From Bacillota bacterium (GTDB lineage Bacteria > Bacillota > Clostridia > Lachnospirales > Lachnospiraceae), in NCBI GenBank assembly GCA_023423335.1, contig JAFAFU010000030.1:94883-158882 (forward strand): a stretch of DNA of 64,000 bases. Direction: 5' to 3'. Every line of letters begins with the position of its first letter. Position 1 is the first letter of the stretch. The notes below the pieces were generated by a model, which had not been told where the DNA came from, made no database searches, and was given only the letters and a program-made list of their open reading frames with translations. The translations under genes and the position numbers were made by a program. Positions 57,564-64,000 of the stretch are shown piece after piece.

Positions 57564-58055
57564 CTAAAGGTGATCCGGTCCGAAGCTCATCGGAAGCAGT
57601 TCCTCCAGGAAGTACATCAGGTATTCTTCTTCCGACTTTGCCAGGATCACCAGGAATTTATTCGGGTCAACAAACTCTCTCAGTACCTGCCTGCACACAC
57701 CGCAGGGCGGACAATAATCCAATACCATTCCATTCTTTCCGCCTACGATAGCAATTGCAGCAAACCGGTTTTCCCCCTCACTGATTGCCTTGGAAAATGC
57801 TGTCCTCTCCGCACAGATTGTTGCTCCATAGGAAGCATTCTCAATATTGCAGCCGGTAAAAACCTTCTGTGAGGAGGTAAGCAAAGCTGCTCCGACCCTG
57901 AAATTGGAGTAGGGTGTATACGCATTCTTAATTCCATCCATCGCTTCCCTGATCAGATTCTTGATGACTGACCGGCTGACCAGGCTCTGCTTTCCAATCA
58001 GCTCTCCCCTCTCCTGAGGCACGAGGCTGTTCTTCGGTTCATAATCATTCTGCAT
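57564..58055 (-). CDS. cdd: Cytidine deaminase
   Basis: AYTPYSNFRVGAA, GCNIENASY...CAER and PCGVCRQ. Confidence 0.93.
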   Translation of the reverse strand: MQNDYEPKNSLVPQERGELIGKQSLVSRSVIKNLIREAMDGIKNAYTPYSNFRVGAALLTSSQKVFTGCNIENASYGATICAERTAFSKAISEGENRFAAIAIVGGKNGMVLDYCPPCGVCRQVLREFVDPNKFLVILAKSEEEYLMYFLEELLPMSFGPDHL

Positions 58056-58173
58056 AAATAACCTCCATAACACTCGGAAGAACACCGAATGAGCACCCTA
58101 GGTACGAATTTCGCAATTCTTCCTACGCGAACGTTTCTTATTCATTTTGTAAAGAGTTATCCATTCTTTAATC

Positions 58174-58839
58174 TTAATATCCGGAACCCTCTTGATTTTT
58201 CGCCAGCTTAACAATTCGGCTGGTTCCAAGTCGGGATGCCCCCAGTTCAATAAATTTCTCCGCATCCTCAAAGGATGAGATACCGCCTGCCGCCTTTATT
58301 CTTACACTGCTGCTGACATGATTTGCAAATAATGCGATATCCTCAAAGGTAGCACCGGATTTGGAGAAACCGGTGGAGGTCTTAATATAATCGGCACCGG
58401 ATCTGCTTACAACATCACACATCCTGATCTTTTCTTCCTCCGAGAGAAGACAGGTCTCAATAATGACCTTAAGAAGCTTTTCCCCGCAGGCTGCCTTAAG
58501 CTGCCGGATTTCTTCCAACACCTGATCATATTCACCATCCTTTACCAGACCCAGGTTGATGACCATATCAATCTCGTCGGCTCCGTTACTGATCGCATCC
58601 TTTGCTTCATATACCTTCACGGCTGTCGTATTGTATCCATTCGGGAATCCAATCACGGTGCAGACCGTCATTCTATCCTTCACATATTCCTTCACCTTCT
58701 TCACATAAGCGGGCGGAATACACACGGACGCCACATTATATGCCATAGCATCGTCACAAATTTGTTTGATTTCCTCCCAGGTTGCTGTCTGTGTTAACAG
58801 AGTATGATCCACTTTTTTAAATATGCCTGTTCTATTCAT
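58174..58839 (-). CDS. deoC: Deoxyribose-phosphate aldolase
   Basis: DHTLL, VIGFPNG, EIDMV, KVIIET, KTSTGF and KAAGG. Confidence 0.95.
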   Translation of the reverse strand: MNRTGIFKKVDHTLLTQTATWEEIKQICDDAMAYNVASVCIPPAYVKKVKEYVKDRMTVCTVIGFPNGYNTTAVKVYEAKDAISNGADEIDMVINLGLVKDGEYDQVLEEIRQLKAACGEKLLKVIIETCLLSEEEKIRMCDVVSRSGADYIKTSTGFSKSGATFEDIALFANHVSSSVRIKAAGGISSFEDAEKFIELGASRLGTSRIVKLAKNQEGSGY

Positions 58840-58870
58840 TGACTGATATCCTTCTTTTCTTAATTTTTTA

Positions 58871-59074
58871 AGATGCAGGCGTCAAAACCCTTCGAGCATC
58901 ACGGCCTCGTCAATTTGCACATTCACTAACTATATTGAAGTGATGCAGAACATAATTCAATGAGCAACTGTTATGAAGTCGTTGGTACTTAGGCCCTCTG
59001 CATCACACTATCACCAGCTAAACTGTGCAAATTGACGCACCATATTTTTAAATTTGCTTTTGACACCTGAATCT
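58871..59074. repeat. 204-bp nested inverted repeat between deoD and deoC
   Basis: Three concentric stems: 15/17, 14/14 and 10/10 bp. Confidence 0.75.
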
Positions 59075-59076
59075 TT

Positions 59077-59784
59077 TTAAGCAATCTCTAAAGCAATCTC
59101 CATCATGTCGCGGAACGTAAGCTGTCTGTCTTCTGCAGACAGGGATTCGCCGGTAAATACATGGTCGGAAATCGTCAGAATGCAGAGGGCCTTCTTCCCT
59201 GCCCGGGCGGCATTCATATAAAGCGCTGCTGCTTCCATCTCAACCGCAAGGATATTCATCTTCCGCCAGAGAGAATTTGCTTCCCTGTTATCATCATAAA
59301 AGGTGTCTGAGGAGAGAATATTGCCGACCACGGTCTTAATGGTCAGCTTCTCGGCCGCCTCCACTGCTTTCCGAAGCAGGGTGAAGTCCGCAATCGGAGC
59401 AAAGGTTCCGGGCAGCTTATACTGTGCGGCATAACTGGAATTCGTTGAAGCTCCCATTCCGATAACGACATCCCTGAGCTTGATATTCTCAGCGATTCCT
59501 CCGGCAGAACCGATCCGAATAATGTTATCCACATCATAAAAATGATACAACTCGTAGGAATAGATTCCGATGGAGGGCATTCCCATGCCTCCTCCCATGA
59601 CGGAAACCTTTTTTCCCCGATAGGTTCCGGTATAACCCAACATATTTCTGACTGTATTAAAGCATACAACCTCCTCCAGGTAATTATCCGCAATGAACTT
59701 TGCTCTTAACGGATCTCCCGGCATAAGGACTGTTTTTGCTATTTCTCCTGCTTTCGCTTCATTATGGGGTGTAGGTATACTCAT
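59077..59784 (-). CDS. deoD: Purine nucleoside phosphorylase
   Basis: [17 protein letters not shown] and VEMEAAALY. Confidence 0.95.
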   Translation of the reverse strand: MSIPTPHNEAKAGEIAKTVLMPGDPLRAKFIADNYLEEVVCFNTVRNMLGYTGTYRGKKVSVMGGGMGMPSIGIYSYELYHFYDVDNIIRIGSAGGIAENIKLRDVVIGMGASTNSSYAAQYKLPGTFAPIADFTLLRKAVEAAEKLTIKTVVGNILSSDTFYDDNREANSLWRKMNILAVEMEAAALYMNAARAGKKALCILTISDHVFTGESLSAEDRQLTFRDMMEIALEIA

Positions 59785-60069
59785 AATGCTTCCTCCTTCT
59801 TCACTTTGGGCAGATTATCTTCCCAAGTATAATTTTAGCACTATTTCAATAAAAAGGCAATCCGGTTCGATTTCATTCCCTATTAAGTATATCATGCATA
59901 AAATATTTCTAAAGTATACATTTATGAAGGATTTACATGTTTTTTGGGGAAAAAGCAAATTTACAACATTGATTTCATTTCCGAACGTGCTATAATCACA
60001 ATAACCAACATGATGCTGCTTTGCAGTATCTTAAAGCTTCATTCATCAGACATGACGGGAGACTTACAA

Positions 60070-61464
60070 ATGCACAATTTATTATCTGTAAATAGTATGT
60101 TGAAGCCGAAGCAAATCGCAGGAGAACTGCCTTCTACCTCGGCTGCCTATAAAAATTTCTATAAAATAGCCTGGCCTTCGGCGCTGGAGGCCCTGCTGGT
60201 CGGGCTTGTCGGCTCCGTAGACACCATCATGGTAGGCACCCTGGGCAAAGGTGCCATAACAGCGGTTGGTATCACAAATCAACCGAAGTTTATTCTTTTG
60301 GCCATGATAACCTCCTTAAATATCGGTGTCACCGCAGTGACTGCCCGAAGAAAGGGCCAGGCAGACCAGGGCGGAGCCAATCAGGTCCTCCGATCCGGAA
60401 TCCTTCTTTCCGCTATGATTTCACTGGTCATGTCCTTGTTGGGATATCTGTTTGCAAAACCGATTTTATTGTTGGCAGGGGCAGAACAGTCCTACCTGAA
60501 GGATGCTATGGATTATTTCAAGATCATCATGATCAGCATACCGTTCCAGGCCTTGAATCTGACGATCAACGCTGCTCAGAGGGGCTGCGGTAAGACTAAA
60601 ATATCCATGACCACCAATATTGTCAGTAATATCGTGAACATAATTTTTAACTATTTTCTGATTAATGGAATCGGCTTATTCCCTAAGCTTGGGGTTAGAG
60701 GGGCTGCGATTGCCACAGCCATGGGAGCCTGTGCCGCCTTCTGTATCTCACTGGCCACTTTGTTTAAGAAGAATAACTACTTAAGCTTCCGTCATAAATC
60801 CCGCTGGTCCCTGAAACGCCGGACCATTGGCCCTGTTGTCAAGGTCAGCGGCAGTGCCTTTGTGGAACAGGTTTTTATGCGGGTCGGCTTCCTGGCCTAT
60901 GCTGCTATTATTGCCAGACTGGGCACCACGGAATATGCTACGCACCTGATCTGTATGAACATCCTGAGTCTGTCCTTTGCCTTCGGGGATGGTCTATCCA
61001 TTGCAGCCTCGGCACTTGTCGGTCAGAACCTGGGGGCCAGAAGACCGGACTTATCCATCATTTACGGTAAGGTTGGACAGAGGCTTGCTTTCCTTATTTC
61101 CAGTATTATATTTTTCGTATTCCTGTTCGGCAGGACTTTCCTGGTATCCCTGTTCAGTACAGAGGCTGCGGTTCTTGCTCTTGGCTCTAATATCCTGATT
61201 CTGGCTGCCCTGGGCACCCACGCGCAGACCTCACAGGTCGTAATGTCCGGCTGCTTAAGAGGTGCGGGGGATACAAATTTCGTAGCCGCCACCTCCTTCA
61301 TAAGCGTTGCTATCATCCGTCCCTTACTGACCTGGCTGCTTTGCTATCCGGTCGGATTAGGCTTGTATGGCGCATGGATAGCGCTGCTGCTGGATCAGGT
61401 ATTCCGGGTGATCACCAGCTTCAGGCGCTTTTCCGGCGGGAAATGGTCTTCGATTAATTTATAG
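60070..61464 (+). CDS. MATE family efflux transporter
   Basis: DTIMVG.LG, PKLGVRGAAIAT, GQNLGA and LRGAGD. Confidence 0.9.
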   Translation: MHNLLSVNSMLKPKQIAGELPSTSAAYKNFYKIAWPSALEALLVGLVGSVDTIMVGTLGKGAITAVGITNQPKFILLAMITSLNIGVTAVTARRKGQADQGGANQVLRSGILLSAMISLVMSLLGYLFAKPILLLAGAEQSYLKDAMDYFKIIMISIPFQALNLTINAAQRGCGKTKISMTTNIVSNIVNIIFNYFLINGIGLFPKLGVRGAAIATAMGACAAFCISLATLFKKNNYLSFRHKSRWSLKRRTIGPVVKVSGSAFVEQVFMRVGFLAYAAIIARLGTTEYATHLICMNILSLSFAFGDGLSIAASALVGQNLGARRPDLSIIYGKVGQRLAFLISSIIFFVFLFGRTFLVSLFSTEAAVLALGSNILILAALGTHAQTSQVVMSGCLRGAGDTNFVAATSFISVAIIRPLLTWLLCYPVGLGLYGAWIALLLDQVFRVITSFRRFSGGKWSSINL

Positions 61465-61465
61465 A

Positions 61466-61963
61466 TTAATGGGCCATCCGTATAATTATTTCACCGGTCT
61501 TCTGATCCACGGCATACCAGCCGTAGGTATAGGTATGCCCGATACCGGATTCCTCTTCGTCCACCACAAATTCATAAAGATGGATCAAATAATAGCGGTC
61601 ATCCTCCAGCCCTTCACTGACCAGATAATAGTCTGCTCCTTCCAGCTTATAGTAGTACGCTTCGGATTCCCCGTCACAGGATACCTTGATAAAATTCGAG
61701 GCATACCGCTCCTTGACCCTGTCCAATGCCTCCATCTCGGTAACCGCCGTCATTTTTTTACGAAGGCTTAATATCCTGAATAATAAATCCTCCGGCGGCT
61801 GCGGAAAGGAAGATTCAGTGACTGTCTCTTCGGTCTGCGGTACTGCCGCTTTCTCAAATACACCGGCGGAATAAGCGGCCCCTTTGATATCCGTCCCCCC
61901 CGTAAACCCGGGTAAACAGGTAATAAATAATAACAGGAATAGACTCGTCCTTGTTCTCAGCAT
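61466..61963 (-). CDS. Hypothetical exported protein
   Basis: N-terminal hydrophobic segment; C-terminal HTYTYGWYAVD.KTG. Confidence 0.6.
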   Translation of the reverse strand: MLRTRTSLFLLLFITCLPGFTGGTDIKGAAYSAGVFEKAAVPQTEETVTESSFPQPPEDLLFRILSLRKKMTAVTEMEALDRVKERYASNFIKVSCDGESEAYYYKLEGADYYLVSEGLEDDRYYLIHLYEFVVDEEESGIGHTYTYGWYAVDQKTGEIIIRMAH

Positions 61964-62055
61964 ATGAATGTCCCCCTCGCTATGATGCTTACTATCATCA
62001 TAGCATCGGTTTACATAATTTTCCATACTATTTGAACAATAATTATCGACGATTT

Positions 62056-63270
62056 CTACTCCTGATCCTTTTCTTTCTTAGTATCCATTTTTGCCAGGCT
62101 TGCCCGCTGGATTGATGAAGCGCCAAACCGGTTCCTGATCCGGTCAATTGCCTCATCCAGCTTCGCCTTCTTCACATCTGTCTCAAACCCGAAGAGATTG
62201 ATCTGCCGCTCCGCATCGTCGGAAACTACCTTACTGGTCTGAATCCCCAGATTACGGATCGGAGACTGATCCCAGAGCTCATCAAACAGCAGGCAGGCCG
62301 TCTTATGGATGTCATCCGTGCTCTGTGTCGGGCTGAGCAGGGTTGTCTGGTGGGAGGAATGACGGAACATGGAATCTACGATACTGACGGATATCACATT
62401 CGCCATCCTGTTGTCCTTTCTGAGACGGGCACCCACCGTTTCCGCCAGGTTCAGTAAAATCATCTTCGCCGTGGATTCCTCTTCCACATCGAAGGAGATT
62501 GTAGTGGAGTTGCCATAGCCTTTGTTCTTAACCTCCTCCTGGGAGATGATGGAGGCATCAATTCCATTGGCAAAGCTATGGATCACCTCTCCATGCTTCT
62601 TCAAATGGGCTTTGAGTACCTCCACATCCATCCGGGCCAGATCACCGATGGTACGGATTCCCAGGATATTCAGCTTCTTAACCGTGGATTTTCCGACAAA
62701 GAATAATTCTCCCACCGGCAGCCCCCACATCTTCTCCTCAATTTCCCCGGGATACAGAGTATGAATCATATCCGGCTTCTTAAAATCCGAAGCCATCTTA
62801 GCCAGTAGTTTATTTGAGGAAATTCCGATATTCACCGTGAATTTCAGCTCCTCCCGGATTCTCTTCCGGATCTTATCCGCCGCCTCCTGCGGAGCGCCAA
62901 ACAGCGCCTCCATCCCTGTCATGTCGCAAAAGGCTTCATCTATGGAGGATCTCTCCACACAGGGAGAGAAATCCCCCACAATATTAAGAAAGGCTTCCGA
63001 ATAATGCCGGTATAGCTCATGGTTCGGAGGAACCAGGACAAGACCCGGACATTTCTTCATGGCATCCACAATCGGCTCTCCGGTCTTTACACCGTACTGC
63101 TTCGCTATCATGGACTTAGCCAGGATGACTCCGTGCCTTTTGCTCTTATCACCCGCCACAGCGGAGGCAATCGTTCTGAGGTCCAATTCCTCTCCGGCCT
63201 TAAGACGATTAACGGCCTCCCAGCTTAAAAAGGCATTATTCACATCAATATGAAAAATCGTCTTTTCCAT
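62056..63270 (-). CDS. dinB: DNA polymerase IV (Y family)
   Basis: FHIDVNNAF, SIDEAF and NKLLAKMASD.KKP. Confidence 0.92.
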   Translation of the reverse strand: MEKTIFHIDVNNAFLSWEAVNRLKAGEELDLRTIASAVAGDKSKRHGVILAKSMIAKQYGVKTGEPIVDAMKKCPGLVLVPPNHELYRHYSEAFLNIVGDFSPCVERSSIDEAFCDMTGMEALFGAPQEAADKIRKRIREELKFTVNIGISSNKLLAKMASDFKKPDMIHTLYPGEIEEKMWGLPVGELFFVGKSTVKKLNILGIRTIGDLARMDVEVLKAHLKKHGEVIHSFANGIDASIISQEEVKNKGYGNSTTISFDVEEESTAKMILLNLAETVGARLRKDNRMANVISVSIVDSMFRHSSHQTTLLSPTQSTDDIHKTACLLFDELWDQSPIRNLGIQTSKVVSDDAERQINLFGFETDVKKAKLDEAIDRIRNRFGASSIQRASLAKMDTKKEKDQE

Positions 63271-63323
63271 TGTTTTCATTCTTCCCTACATGAAAAACGT
63301 GTCGGCCATAAGCCTGTTCTTAT

Positions 63324-64000
63324 CTATTGCCGGTCATCCTTACTCTCGTTATTATGGAAGGCCTCCGACCCGTTATTATTCTGCTTCGGGGAATCCTTTC
63401 TCATATACTTCCTATAGCTTCTTCGGATCAGCAGGAAACAGCCTAAGAACACAACAATCCAGAACAGAATATAAGGAAGATTTACGACAAAGCCCACAAA
63501 GAAATCCTTAAAGCCTTCACTGATACTATACATCGTATCGCTGAAGCCGGTCCTAATTCTGGTAAATACCGTTTCATTCTCCTCTTCCTTCGGTGTCATG
63601 CGTTCCACCTCTGCGATATTAAGCGTTACGGTACTGTATTCCACCTGGTTATCATAGACGCGAAGCTGTGATTCGTATCGCTCCAGCTCGTAACGGATCG
63701 AGCTTAACCTGCTCTCCAGGGTCAGGATATCCTCCAGGGTTCCGGTCTTCCCAAGCAGCTCATAGAGCTTCTCCTGCTCGATTTTTAATGTTTTGATATG
63801 GCTTTCGGCATCCACATACTGCAGGGTTACGTTCTCCGTATTCTCATTTTTATTCACTACATTGGAAACCTCCGAAACGCTTCCCACGAACTCATCCAGA
63901 TGCTCCTTAGGAACTCTGGCCACAATATGACCGGACCTTAAGGCATTGGAATAATAATACCGCTTTCCGCTGATACTGGAGCTTTCTACATAGCCTCCAA
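63324..64000 (-). CDS. DUF4349-domain protein (5' end outside the window)
   Basis: GGYVE..., RVP, NVTLQYVD...V.YSTVTL and a C-terminal TM segment. Confidence 0.8.
   Translation of the reverse strand, partial: GGYVESSSISGKRYYYSNALRSGHIVARVPKEHLDEFVGSVSEVSNVVNKNENTENVTLQYVDAESHIKTLKIEQEKLYELLGKTGTLEDILTLESRLSSIRYELERYESQLRVYDNQVEYSTVTLNIAEVERMTPKEEENETVFTRIRTGFSDTMYSISEGFKDFFVGFVVNLPYILFWIVVFLGCFLLIRRSYRKYMRKDSPKQNNNGSEAFHNNESKDDRQ

Noticed and set aside
58871..59074. 6S RNA
   Set aside because: Size and rod shape are similar, but there is no separate promoter or terminator and I cannot recognise 6S motifs; needs an Rfam search.
63271..63323. LexA (SOS) box upstream of dinB
   Set aside because: No GAAC-N4-GTTC match is seen.

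Overview
A 64-kb chromosomal window from a spore-forming Clostridia-type bacterium (Lachnospiraceae-like, inferred from gene content). Most genes are on the minus strand and are housekeeping or metabolic: ddh, ilvN/ilvC, two methionine-synthesis genes, glmS, topB, glyA, deoD/deoC/cdd and dinB. Accessory content includes an Lsa-like ABC-F gene with a leader-peptide attenuator, a DeoR-linked methylthioribose/5-deoxyribose (DHAP-shunt-like) uptake and catabolism operon, a fluoride riboswitch ahead of a cation/proton antiporter, and a probable scar of an integrative element at the 3' end of the GGGtGRT gene. The ORF track misses several signals. (i) A dispersed 48-nt hairpin + Shine-Dalgarno module ends exactly at an ATG in three places, one of them in-frame inside an AraC gene, and has diverged relatives elsewhere. 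(ii) A 52-aa peptide has 20 Cys and 11 Arg and its own RBS, promoter-like site and terminator. (iii) A candidate anti-SD/anti-AUG sRNA resembles streptococcal csRNAs. (iv) There are further small ORFs and long intergenic inverted repeats. I saw no rRNA, tRNA, CRISPR array or intact transposase/integrase. All family calls come from motif recognition only; no database search or folding program was run.
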